DNA from: Podarcis tiliguerta
Lineage: Eukaryota
DNA: 64,000 nt
Reading direction: 5' to 3' (one strand)
Assembly (NCBI GenBank): GCA_965153285.1
Contig: OZ229123.1
In this document: positions 26,301 to 47,781 of the stretch, piece by piece
Numbering within the stretch: the stretch's first letter is position 1
Layout: each line of letters starts with the position of its first letter
Made by a program: the position numbers and the translations under genes
Notes under the pieces: model-generated
Told to the model about the DNA's origin: nothing
The model's input: only the letters and a program-made list of their open reading frames with translations
Databases searched by the model: none

Positions 26301-28869
26301 TCTTCATCACCTCTTGCTGGAAGCCTCGTTCTTCTGGACCAGCGGGGAGCAGCATCTCCCATCCAGGCAACATGAGGGTCACCATGCCGAAGTGTTCTCT
26401 GCTGGAGGATGCTGATCCTGCCCAAGAACTCTTGCCTTGCAGGATCACAGCCTGGACATGGGGAACAGAACAAACAGCCGCTGCACACATGCTGCAAGCC
26501 CCCTGCAGGGGAAAGGGGTGTGTACTGCCTACTTCTTAGGGGAGACTGAGGCAAGGGGGCTGGATGACTGCTTAAGTGGCACCACTCCCTCTCTTGCTGT
26601 CATCCTCACAATCACCACCTCTGCATCCAGGGCTCACTTGTTCCAGTTGCTGATCACTGCCCCTTACTCTCTGTGTGTCTCCCTTCACAGCTCTCTAACA
26701 GAGGAAGAGGACAAGAGGGCCTTCCTTATGCCCAGCTACATGCAGGCTTCCAGGAAAGCTGCACCTGCTGGGATTATCCTTTCTACACAGCTATGAAGCC
26801 TTGCCCACTTTCCCACCTGACCACCCCACACTTCCAGTTCTTTTTCTGTAAGCAGCACAACTCCTGCTACTCTGCTATCTGTCATGCAACTTTCAAAGGC
26901 ACAGGAGCCCAGCTGGGGCTACCAGTCTGAAAACAGGCCTATGTTTGTTTAGGCCTCTATCTCACCCCCCACTTCCCCAAAGGCTATTCAATAAAGGCTA
27001 TAACTTTGCCATGTGTGGTATTTTTTTATTACTAGGGCTTCGCCATGTCCTCCCTATCTCAGTCCTGTTAAGCTGGCCTCAGGACAGGAAGGGGACTAGG
27101 AAGCATGTTCCTGTGGGATGGATTTTAATGGATAGGAGAGGATATATTAATTGCAATTTATCTATCCAGGCGCCATATGTGTAGGTTGAACAGAGTTTCA
27201 AAATCCCATCCTTGGCAGCAAAATTAAAAGCATAGGAATTAGGCTGCAATGTCTTATTTTGGGCAAGTCCAGCTGGCTTCCCCCTTCTTACCCTGCTTAG
27301 CAAAGAATCAGCCAACAACTTGCAAAGTTTAAAAATATAATTTACTCACATAATCTTGCATTGGTTCACAGCAATGGCAGTAGTAAAAGCTATGCAGGAA
27401 AAAGATATATATACAATACAATGAGCTTCAGGCATGTGCCTAAAGCTGAAGCAAGCAGATGCATGCCTGCATCCAATGCTGGTCAAAAGAAGAGAGGAGA
27501 GAGGAATAGGAAGCACTATATGCTCTTTCCTGTCCAGGAGAGGAAGGGAAATGACACCAATTGTCCTGTCTACCAATTGTATTTCTATGGTCTGAGTATC
27601 TGCCTATCAGCAATACAGCTCTGTGGTATTCGCTCCTTCTTTTGCTAACTAGTAAGAATATGCTTTTTTTTAGGTTTGGCTGCTAATCTCCCACAGTTCC
27701 TGCAAGAGCTCAGGGCTAATGACCCTTTCAACTCTCTGCCTACTTAGACTCCAAGCATCATTAGGGTGGCAGACCTTTCAGACTGTACAGAGGTCATCAA
27801 TCAGTGGTAGAGAATTCGCTTTGCATGCAGAATGTCTCACTCTCCAGTATCTCAAGGTAGTAATGGGAATGTCCCCTGTCTGAAACCCTGGAGAGCTGCT
27901 GCCAGTCAGTGTACACAACTCCAAGCTGAGTGGATCAAGGTTGTGACTCAATATAAGACAGCTTCCTATGTTCCAACTTGGGTTGAGTGCTGCCACCATG
28001 ATGTATGAGACAGTCAGTTGAGGTGAAAGGACTGTGAGACCTGCTGGGATGAAAGCCAGAAAACTGGGTCTGTCAGAGAATCAGTATAGTGGCAGTTGCT
28101 TGGGTGATCCTGACATATTCATTCAAAATGCATATATCCTGCTTCATAGCCCCTAAGAGGCTCTCAAAGCAGTTTACAAAAGATCCTCTCGTTCAAGTAA
28201 GTGTGGTACCAAGGAGCAGAACTAACATGTCCATGCAGACCCTGTATGATTCAGTATTTCAGCTAAGGGATGACAAATGTCCTGTGATGGCTGCTCTGTC
28301 ATTCCTCCTGGTGCAGTTGGAAATCACACATTCCCCAAATCCATACCATATGCCAGAGGTAACCAGTGCAGTATCTTCCAGAAGTTGAATGGCCAGTGGT
28401 CAGGGAAGAGTCCAGCAACACCTGGAGAACACCTTGTTGGCCAGGCCCAGGCAGAACTTGTCTTGTTAGAATAAAGTTATAAACTCAAACACACACAAAA
28501 ACTGCTGGTCATTGGCGGAGGGCCCAGCCAGCTTAGCCCACTGTTATAACCACCCCAACCTCAAGCCCTCCAGATGTTTTGGACGGTAACTCCCATCAGC
28601 CCCCAGAAGTTATGAACTGAAGCTCCCATCAGCTCCAGCATCCTACAGTTGTGGTGGCTGGGGCTGAGATGGGAATTGTAGTTCAAACCATCTGGAGGGT
28701 ACTGGGTTGGGGAAGGCTGCTCTATTATGCATTTCTCAGTTTTCCAAACTAAGCTTTTATGGATTCCTTTTAAAAAGATAAATTTTGAATACAGCAGATA
28801 TAGGAAGTGTTAGTTTGTGCTCTGGGAAAGTCCATTGTGGTGGCTGCTCCAACCTGCTGAACTTGGCAA

Positions 28870-29029
28870 ATCCTCTGTGTGATGGCTTAAGTTGTCGTGC
28901 AGACTCTTGCTGATTTGAAATGCATTCTTGACTCCTATCTTTCTGCAGAGATCCTCTGTGTGATGGCTTAAGTTGTTGTGCAGACTTGCTGATTTGAAAT
29001 GCATTCTTCACTCCTATCTTTCGGCAGAG
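28870..29029. repeat. Tandem duplication, two units of about 80 bp
   Basis: 28870-28950 and 28951-29029 are near identical. Confidence 0.9.
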
Positions 29030-29222
29030 GGGTTGGTTCTTCAAGTTTGAGTGCATGCAATTCATTTTTAAGATAGGGACTTCAATCTCAATGTCTTGCT
29101 AACTTCCATATCAATCAATTACCTAGAAAAGCATTTGTGTGTTGGTGCTGATGCAGTTGACAATATATTGCAATGCGTCAAACTGGGACAGTACACTCCA
29201 GCTCTAAAGCATTTTCCACTTA

Positions 29223-29486
29223 CAGTGGTATCTCGCAAGACGAATGCCTCTCAAGACGAAAAACTCGCAAGACGAAAGAGTTTTTCATTTTCTGAGTTGT
29301 TTCGCAAGACGGATTTCCCTATGGGCTTGCTTCGCAAGACAAAAACGTCTTGCGCCTTTTTTAAAAAACCGCCAATGCATTCCTATGGGAAACCGTCAAT
29401 ACACAGTGGTGCTTCGCAAGACAAAAAAATTCACAAGACAAAAAAACTCGCAGAACAAATTAATTTCGTCTTGCGAGGCACCACTG
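29223..29486. mobile_element. Tigger/pogo-like MITE (GCAAGAC subfamily), empty form
   Basis: TIRs CAGTGGTATCTCGCAAGACGAA / TTCGTCTTGCGAGGCACCACTG; TA TSD; repeated CGCAAGAC subterminal motifs. Confidence 0.88.
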
Positions 29487-32400
29487 TATTCCTTCACCTT
29501 CTGTGTTGTGGAGCTTACATGAGGAAGCATGGATCTCCCTGTACTCCCCCACTCCCTCAACTCCTGTATTGGGTTTCACATTGTGCAGGGAGGAAGTCCA
29601 CTGTTGTGAAAGGGGAGAGACGTTGTCTTTGCTGGTCCACAGCTGTGGCTGGTAGATCTGGCTTCAAATGGCATTCCTTTGCTGTGCATGTTTCTAACAC
29701 TGTATCACAGAGAGTTCAGGTCTGGGAAATAAAGCTCAGACATTCACACTGGAACATCCACAGGAAGTTAAAATGATGATGTGCCTTGTAGGTCTGACCT
29801 GCTGCAGGTTAGGGCTGACACACCTGTCTGCCTTGAGAAGCATTGACAACAATGCTATGACTTAAATAGACAGCAGAGGGGTGGTTGTGTTGTGTGAACT
29901 TCATTCCCTCCCAGTCATTGTGTAGCATGCGGAGCAACTGAGCAAGGAAATTGCAGCCCTCAACAGACTAGCTTAGCAATGCTGTGCATGTCAGAAATTA
30001 CTTTTAAATGCTTTTGTAAACTTACATAGCCTTGTAAGCCAACTAATGATTTACTATTTCCATTTAAAAACAAATCCTCAGTTGTCTTTAAAGATACTGC
30101 CTTCCAAGTGTGTAATTCTTCTGAGTTATGATTTCCATTACTTAAGTTATGGACCCTCCAAGACCCCATCCTTGCTATTCCTGAAAACCCAATGCTTTTT
30201 TATTCTGGTGCTCTGACTCTAGCAATTCTTGGGTGGAAGATGAGCCCTGCCAGCATTAACCCACCTGTGAGGAAGGTGACGCAGAACCCTTCCAAAGTTG
30301 GCCAGTAGACCACAGTTTTCTTTCTATTGACCAACCAACACTTTGGTCCAGTTGCAATAAATCTGAAATGTTGAGAGGTTGTTGAAAAATATTTGAGCTG
30401 TTTTGGCTGCTTAAGGGTTTCAAGGTTTATTCTCATTCATTCTCTCTGTCTCTCTCTTTATGGCATGGGACCTTTGAGGACCAGGCAAAGGGCCTCATCT
30501 CCTCACCAACACACATGCCCAGACAGACTCTTGTTGTCTAGTTTGGAGGTTCAATGGAAAGCAACTTGTTCTCTGCCAGCTCCAAGGCTGGGTGTTTCTG
30601 ACAAGCAGGTCCCTGTTTCTGTTGCCTCTGAATATTTTCCCATAAGAGAGAGCCCTTCTCCTAATCTGTAGGATGCTTTGTTTGTTAAAGCAGAAGCTTT
30701 CCTCTTAAAGAACCTATTTATTTTTCATTGGATTGTGTGTGCTTTTTTTCAAACAAGGATTCTTACAAGTCGCTTCACCATCCATTTGGCCAGATTTATT
30801 TTCTGCTAGGTTGAGAATCAAGTCTCTTTCCCTCCGCCTCCACTGGAAAGAGGGAGAATGTGAAAAAAAAGAAAAAAAGACTTTTGCATTGTGGTGATTG
30901 GCACAGCCTGTGAATCAAGGGTCATTTTGTGTAGCTGTTTCTTTTCAAGCATTCTCTCTCTCTCTCTTTCTTTCTTTCTCTCTCTCTTCCCCCTTCCATG
31001 CACAATCTATTCAGGCTGGAAGCATTCTTTCTTTTCAGAGTCTTTTCTGCCTCTCTCTCTCTTTTCCCCCTCCTTTATTTTTCATCTCTTTTCATTCTGT
31101 TTCCCTCCACCACCCCCCTAGAGGCTCTTTTTTCCCCTTTCCTCATTCCTCTATTCAGTTCCCTTTTTTTTTTTTTTTTGGTTGCTTCTTTTAAAATAGC
31201 TTTTCTATTTTCAGAGAGGACAGGGAACATGTAGGAAGAGAAGTCGTTTCAGAAAGGAGGAACCTGAAAGTCTTTCTCCATTTATTTCAGCAAACGTTGT
31301 TTTTCAAGCAAGAGAACCAAGGGCGACAAAAAGAAACCCATCTTTATTTTGTTCCTGCCTCTTCTCCCACAAACAGCGCAGCCCCAAACACCCCCCAAAA
31401 AAAAATATTCATAAGTGGTCACATCTCCAGTAATATGCTAAAATACTGGCAGCTTTTCTTCTTTATTATGTTGTCCTGGGCATTTTGGTGCAGAGACTAG
31501 AAACACAAGAGGCATGGCTGCTTTCCTGGATAGACCCCATTGATGCCCCTCTTTGCAACTTCTGACATCACCCATTTCTTTTAGCTCTGCACCAAGAGTT
31601 GTGGGGTGCAGGGCCCACTTGGGTGCTGGATGCTGCCTTTAGAACAATTTGTCCTTCATGGTGAACCTTCAGGAGGGAGCTTAGGAGATCTCTGTGCTAA
31701 TGCAGAGAACAATTTTGTGGGAAGCAGCAGTGAAGACTTACAGTTGTGTGATCTCAAGTTTGTAGATCTCTAGATGTGCATTGCTTAAAGCATTGACTAG
31801 CCCCCAATAGCCACGTTAATCACAATTTTTGAGCTCTGGCAGGATGCCAAGAATACAGGCCCGTTGTTCATTATGACTTCCCAGCCTCTTATCTCCTGAA
31901 TTTCATTGTTGAATTAGTGCCTTTTAGTAGTAATTGTCTTCTGTAGTATTGCTAACACTTTGCTTTGGGGAAAGAGTGTGACTTCTCCAGCAGGGACACA
32001 CCTGTCTGGAAGCCAAACCTGCACCTGGGTTGGTTGTATGGTGATGATGTCCCTGCTTCTGTGGGAAGCAATCCTGGCTGTCCCTACGTAGCAGTTGGAT
32101 CTGGTTGGTTTCTTGAAGGTTGGCTTGGTGTGAAGAGTGTCCCCTTCAGGTAGGAAAGTGGGTCTTGGTGTGGGTGGTCAGCCACACACTTTGGGGATTA
32201 AAGAGGGAGGTAGCCAGTGAGAAGGGACTCCATCCAAAATCCATACACCTTGCAGAGCCTGGCTTTGAAAGTTTCTTCCACCCACCCACCGAAATATGTG
32301 ATTCAAATCTAATGTCACCTGGAAGCTGAGATGGGACATTAGAGGAGATGGAGGTGGGTGAGAGAGTGGGGTTGGAATACAGAAGGAGATTAGGAGATTG

Positions 32401-34360
32401 ATGAAAGTGAGAGAGAAAGAGAGAGGAGATAAGAGAGGCACACAGGACTGAACTATCAAGCTGAGAGAGGCGTTGCCAGGGAAACGGAAAGAATGAGGGA
32501 GAGAGAGAAAGATGGAGAGAAGAGGCAAGAATCAGAAATGGAAGGGAAGTGGGAGGGAGGGAGGGAGGGCAGGCAATGGATTTTAAAGGGTGAATGAGAG
32601 AAGCAGATGGATTTTAAAGGCTGAAGTGGCTGGACAGGCTTACACCCCCCCCCAAAAAAAGCTGCCTATGCCCACAATCAATAATTCTAGGTGGGCTCCC
32701 CTCTGGCACCTTTGCTCAGGATTGCTACCATTCTGTGCCCAGGACATGCCGGCTGGCACAGAAGTGGCTGCCATCATGGCCAGTCTCCAGTTTCAAGGCT
32801 GCCTCCTGTGAGGAGGGAATCAATACTGTTGTTCCCCTTTGCCTCTACAGCCCATTGACATGAAAGTGTGCTTAACAGGGGCCCTCCTTGCATTGTGGTG
32901 GAGCTTGCATGCAAAATGGGTCAGGCACGGAGGCCAGCCTGTGGGTCACTACATGGCCTTCTCCTGCTTGTCTCTGGGTGACCTGATGGGCCCCTTCTTG
33001 GCCCTGCTGCGCTCATTGCCGCCTCCGCCTCCTCTAATCCTCCCCCATACCCAGCCTCCTTCCTTCCTTCTCTCTTCCTTTCTTCTCCTTTGCCTGCCAG
33101 CCCCCTCTTCTCTTCTCCTTCCTCCTCTCTCCTTCCTGCCTCCTCCCCTCTCTCCTTTGTTTTGGCTGCCTCCATACACTGCTGTCTCCTTCCCCCTCCT
33201 CCCCCCACCTGCCTCTTGCTATCTTTTCCCCCTCCATTTCCTCTTTTTGTCTTCCCTTGTTCACATTTCTTTTCTCTGCACCAGCCATCCTCACCCGCGT
33301 GCAGGCAGCTCTGGCGGAGAATGAGGTTCATTTATTTCCAGTGGTTCAAAAGTGGGAAGTTCTGAGGTTGTTCTGTCTAGCTGTTCCCTTTGCCTCAGGG
33401 TTAGTCCAAGCCTGGCTTGTCTTTCTGCTCTGCACCCAGGAAGACTGGCTTTGTATTTCAGGCGAGGAACAGTTATTCTGGCTCTTCTGGTCCTGCTAGC
33501 CCCATACTGGGGGAAGGAGCAGTATTTCCCCCCCCCCATGCTCTCCTCTCTCTGGCTTAGCTTTCTGGTGCTTCCCAGTCACACAAAAAGCACACACTGA
33601 GAAGGGGGTCCTAGGGCTCTAAGGGCTGCCTCCAAGGTTCGAGTCCTGCCTGGCCCTGCTTGCCACCTTCACAACCAAGGAGGCTGCTGTGCCCTTTCTT
33701 GTAGAAAGGAAACCAGCCCAACCTGGTAGGTGACAACATCCCAATACCTGGGGAGGTGCACCCGTCAGACTGCCTGCTCTTTCTAGAAGTGCAGAATTTG
33801 CCACATTTGAGGAGTCTCCTGACCTGGCATGCAGAAGCCTTCCCCCCAGGTATCAGATAGAAGGCCACAAGATTTTTCTATACCCTGAGCCCTTTACAAT
33901 AAAGAATAAACACAGCACAAGTGAGCCATTGTACAGGGCTCTATGGAATATATGGTTTCTGCTAGTCTTGGGAAATGATAAGGATACAAATGTCTGGCCT
34001 GTCATCCGGCCACTAGGCATTCCCACCACCACCATCCCTCATTCTGCCAGGGAAGCACACCCATGTTTAGATTGCAGGTTTTGCTCCAGTTTCAGGAGTG
34101 CAGAATATCTGTTTAGCTCCCAAACAAGGGATGCTTTCAGGTTCTAAGCTCTGCCCTTTGGTGTTCCTTTCATTTTAAAGGATGTGTCCAGAGTAGATGC
34201 CGCTTTCCATTGCCATGATTTTGGAGCTGCCAGCTAGGGCCCCTGCCGGCCAACTGGGTTATCTCAGCCCACAGCCCTCTGCTTGGCCAACAAGGTAATG
34301 GCTTCTCTTTCTCCCTTTTGTTCCTGCAGACAACAGAAGCTGTCCTTGATGGTGTGAGCC

Positions 34361-35785
34361 ATGGACCGCTTTGCCCACTCTGGAACACAGACAGATGCTG
34401 TGGTGGTGCTGTCTCTGGCCCAAGCAGCCGTCCTGGGCTTGGTGACTGAGAACGAGTTTTTTGGTGCCACCGTCAGCCCCGGAGGTTTCTTCTCCAGCTT
34501 CACAGGCAGGCTCGACGGCATGTCCATGGTTGAGTTGAAGCAGCCGGAAAGCCATTGCCCTCTGGAGAATGAAGGCCAAGGTCACGCCGAGCCAGTGGAG
34601 GAGGATGAAGCAGCAGAGGCTTCCTTTGGGAAACATGCCCGGAGGAGGAAGCGCCCGCCTGTGAGGCTGGTGCCAAAAGTGAAGCCGGAGAAGGGCGAGT
34701 GGGGGCAGGAAGACGGTGCTTACGAAGCATCAGTAGCAAGTGAGGGCAAGGAGGAGCAGATGGGCAGCCACCCTGTGAGCCTGGAGGAGTCCCCCTGTGA
34801 GCAGACGGTGCAGAGCAGCGCTACCAAGATGATAGATCTCAGCACGTTCAACAGGAAGCCTCGACGCCTGCGGCACCTGCGGCAGCAAGCTCCAGAAGAG
34901 CTGTCCCTGGGTGGGTATGAGGAGAGGCTCCCAAGCACCCCACAAGCCAGCCTGGACAGCACTCCGGGGAGTGCAGAGGCCTTCTCCAGTGACTGCGGCT
35001 TCCAGGCTGGTGCTCCTCCTCCCTTGATCAATCTGGAGCATCCTGTGCCACACTCTCCTCCTGGGCAGGGCAAGAGCGAGCTGGGCTTTGTGTGGCAGGA
35101 GCCCCTGGACTTTGAGGTGGAGGCCCATGGCGAGCACAGCAAGAAGGTTCAGTTGGACCGCCTGGACATCAACGTCCAGATAGACGACTCCTACCTGGTG
35201 GAGAAGCGTTGGCNNNNNNNNNNNNNNNNNNNNNNNNNNNNNNNNNNNNNNNNNNNNNNNNNNNNNNNNNNNNNNNNNNNNNNNNNNNNNNNNNNNNNNN
35301 NNNNNNNNNNNNNNNNNNNNNNNNNNNNNNNNNNNNNNNNNNNNNNNNNNNNNCTCACCCACCAGGGCACGCGGCCCCACAAGTGCCAGGTGTGCCACAA
35401 GGCCTTCACCCAGACCAGCCACCTCAAGCGCCACATGCTGCTGCACTCCGACATCAAGCCCTACAGCTGCCGCTTCTGTGGCCGCGGCTTCGCCTACCCC
35501 AGCGAGCTGAAGGCCCATGAGGGCAAGCACGAGAGCGGGCGCTGCCACGTCTGTGTGGAGTGCGGCCTGGACTTCTCCACCCTCACCCAGCTCAAGCGCC
35601 ACCTGGCCACCCACCAGGGACCCACCCTCTACCCCTGCCCAGAGTGCAACAAGTCCTTCCATTACCGTAGCCAGCTGCAGAACCACATGCTCAAGCACCA
35701 GAACGTGCGGCCCTTCGTCTGCACCGAGTGTGGCATGGAGTTCAGCCAGATCCATCACCTTAAGCAGCACTCGCTGACCCACAAG
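34361..35785 (+). CDS. ZNF710: ZNF710 first coding exon
   Basis: GCCATGG start; ends HSLTHK AAG|GTAGG. Confidence 0.95.
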
Positions 35786-37414
35786 GTAGGCCAGGTAGCA
35801 GAGCACCAGCTTGAAGGGCATGGGGGGGGCTGTTGGGTAACCGAAGCCTTTTCCCATCTGTGGCTCTAAGGGCTTTTATAGAGGAGTGTGTTTGTCTACC
35901 TGCAGTGCCCTGAAGGGGTACCCAAAGGGCTTCACCTTAGCTGGCTTGCTCTTTTTGTTGTCCTTGGTCACCACAGACCTGGATTCTGAAAAAGAGGCCT
36001 TGCCACAATTTGGGTTAAAACTGCTTCCATAGGAGGGAGGGAGTGGGGATCCAAAGTGCCCTGGTCTCTTCCCCCTTGCTCTGAAATCCCCCAAACACTA
36101 CTGAGTATGAAATCACCATGGTTAGCACTGTCCTCCTTGACCAAGGTGGGATTGGGTGGTACCTCTTGGCTGCAATGAAGCCTTGTTACCTGCCTGCTGT
36201 TGTCTTCAGGGCGTGAAAGAGTTCAAGTGTGAAGTGTGCGGGAGAGAGTTCACGCTGCAGGCCAACATGAAGCGCCACATGCTGATCCACACCAGTGTGC
36301 GCCCCTATCAGTGCCACATCTGCTTCAAGACCTTTGTGCAGAAGCAGACACTCAAGACCCACATGATCGTCCACTCACCCGTCAAGCCCTTCAAGTGCAA
36401 GGTAGGTGGCGGAAGTGCAAAGAGCAGAAGCTGCTGCGGGTGGTGGAATATGAAGAGCCTGCTGCCAGTGCAAAGCGGAGTGGCAGAGCCTGCAAAGACA
36501 GGCCAGACTCAACTCCCAGAGGGGCAGTGGTCATTTCCAGAACACACTTCCCACATGAGCAACTGGATGTCCACATATCCACCCTCCTCTCAAGCACAGC
36601 TTAGTCATTCCGGTTTTGCCAGCTGCCTAGACTGAGCCCGGAAATTATTTTGCTGAGAGCTTTCAGAGCTGAGTGTGGAGCGGATCCTGGTTCTTGGCCG
36701 TTGGCCTGGAAGGGGAACTGAGGTGGATGTAAGCAGGTGAAGCCCATCCCTGCTGCCCACAGTCCAAGCTGCCCCAACCTCCGCCGACAGGTAATCATCT
36801 CCTTTTCCCACCCCACCTTCCGCAGGTGTGTGGGAAATCCTTTAACCGCATGTACAACCTCCTGGGCCACATGCACTTGCACGCAGGCAGCAAACCCTTC
36901 AAGTGCCCTTACTGTTCCAGCAAGTTCAACCTGAAGGGCAACCTCAGCCGGCACATGAAGGTCAAGCATGGGGTGATGGACATCAGCCTGGACAGCCAAG
37001 GTAGGTGGGGTGGGGAGGGAGCTGGAGGGATGGGTCTAAGGCATCCTACCCCGCCCCGCCCCCAGAAGCCCTGAGAGGCAGAGGCAGCCTTCTCATGCTG
37101 AAAGGCTGCACTGCAGCTCCCTCTGCAGGCTGTCTTGGCATGCTGGCAAAGGAGGCTGTGGTGGCCAGTGCTGAATCCACATTGCCTGCCATTGCAGCAC
37201 TACCGCCCAGGTGCTGCTCACTTCTTGTCCTGTTGTCCCCTCAGATCCCATGCTGGAGCTGGCAGGTGATCATGCAGAGCTGGACGGACAGCAGGAGATG
37301 GAGGACTACGAGGAGGAAAACTCGTATGACTATGGGGTGGTGGGGAACCCTGCCAACGAGTCTTCCTTGACCGAACACGCCATGAAGGAAATGGCCTACT
37401 ACAGCATGTTGTAG
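34361..37414 (+). CDS. ZNF710: Zinc finger protein 710 (C2H2 array), about 653 aa; join(34361..35785,36210..36401,36826..37000,37245..37414), includes N gap 35214-35353
   Basis: N-terminal GTQTDAVVVLSLAQAAVLGLV motif, QLDRLDINVQIDDSYLVE, tandem C2H2 fingers and C-terminal AMKEMAYY as in human ZNF710; GT-AG junctions in frame. Confidence 0.97.
35214..35353. other. Assembly gap (140 N) inside ZNF710 coding exon
   Basis: Run of N; reading frame preserved across it. Confidence 0.99.
36210..36401 (+). CDS. ZNF710: ZNF710 second coding exon
   Basis: GVKEFKCEVCGREF...SPVKPFKCK, tcttcAG / GTAGG. Confidence 0.96.
36826..37000 (+). CDS. ZNF710: ZNF710 third coding exon
   Basis: VCGKSFNRMYNLLGHMHLH...KHGVMDISLDSQ, ccgcAG / GTAGG. 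Confidence 0.96.
37245..37414 (+). CDS. ZNF710: ZNF710 last coding exon
   Basis: DPMLEL...LTEHAMKEMAYYSML*. Confidence 0.95.
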
Positions 37415-38190
37415 CCTGGGGCAGACTGGGTGAAGAAGGGGACAGGCAGCTGCTTCCACCCCCTCCAAAAAGCTCTGTTCGGGCAGCACGGAATTTGATA
37501 CTCTTGCCCTCTTCAGCCGTTTAGTCCTGCACTGGATCCGTGGAAGTCTTGCTGCCACCAACCCTTGAGACTGGGCTCTGCTGCTGGGCTGGCAGTACTA
37601 TTCTCTCCAGCTTGAAAGGACCAGGAGGGGGCAGCACTTGCCTTAGACTACCTCCCACAGCACCTTGCACCCAGCACAAAGAAGCGGAAGGCCTTGTAGT
37701 GGTGCTGATAGGCCAGGACCAGCCAGGGCTCAGTGCTACAGACACCAGGCTGTACTGCAGAGCCAAACTGGATCAGCTCCTGTATGTTTCTCTTACAAAC
37801 TACCTCTGCCCTGCGCAAAAAAAGAGGGGGACACACAGCAGGGTCTCTGCCCCAAAACCAAATGGATCTTGAGTGCCCCTTTGCCCATCCCCTATCCCTG
37901 GCAGAGCAGTTAAGCCAGCCTGCTGTGGAGAACATCCCTGTGCAGCCTGTGGCAATCTTAAATTATTATGTCATTTCCACAAGGTGGATTGTCCCACTTG
38001 TGCATAGATCTACTGTGTTTATTTTCTGTTCTGAAGAAGTTCAGCAATAAAGGAATACTCTTTGGAAGAAGGGCCAGATGAGTTGGTGCTGAAGCAAAAG
38101 ACAGGGTGTGTGGGGAGAGGTTCAAGGGGGGCTGAGATTTGCCTTTCCCCAGAAAAGAGTCACCATAACGGACAGTCAACACTGGGAAGC

Positions 38191-38196
38191 AATAAA
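38191..38196 (+). terminator. Candidate ZNF710 poly(A) signal AATAAA (a second one at 38046-38051)
   Basis: AATAAA hexamers downstream of the ZNF710 stop. Confidence 0.5.
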
Positions 38197-38224
38197 AACA
38201 ACAAGCCATGTGTAAAAGCTATAA

Positions 38225-38230
38225 TTTAAT
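38225..38230 (-). terminator. Candidate IDH2 poly(A) signal ATTAAA
   Basis: TTTAAT on + strand about 340 nt past the IDH2 stop. Confidence 0.5.
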
Positions 38231-38569
38231 AGCTCTATTTGGCACCATGAGGCCCAAACCACAGTACATAAATTACAGCACAAACCATTATGACCGCCTG
38301 GCAGGGGGTGGGGGGTCCAGCACTGAGACCTTCCCCCAAGCCAGCAGTAGCAGCAGGTGGGACATGTTATTGGAGCCCAAGTAGGGCGGCTAAAAAGGTT
38401 TTTAAAAAACAACCAGGTTACAAAAATGTCTCTGGTTGACAGTACAAACAGCCATAATTTGTTCTGTTAAAAATGAGGCAATCCCCTTCCTTCATCGTGT
38501 GCCTCCATGCTATGCTGTGCCCTCCTCCACCCACTACCAGCACGTTCCAGCGCCCCCCTCCAGCTCCTC

Positions 38570-47781
<9,212 letters not shown>

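Noticed and set aside
29096-29776. 226-aa ORF
   Set aside because: Runs through a non-coding MITE; no transposase motifs.
34730-35857. 375-aa minus-strand ORF
   Set aside because: Antisense shadow of the GC3-rich ZNF710 exon.
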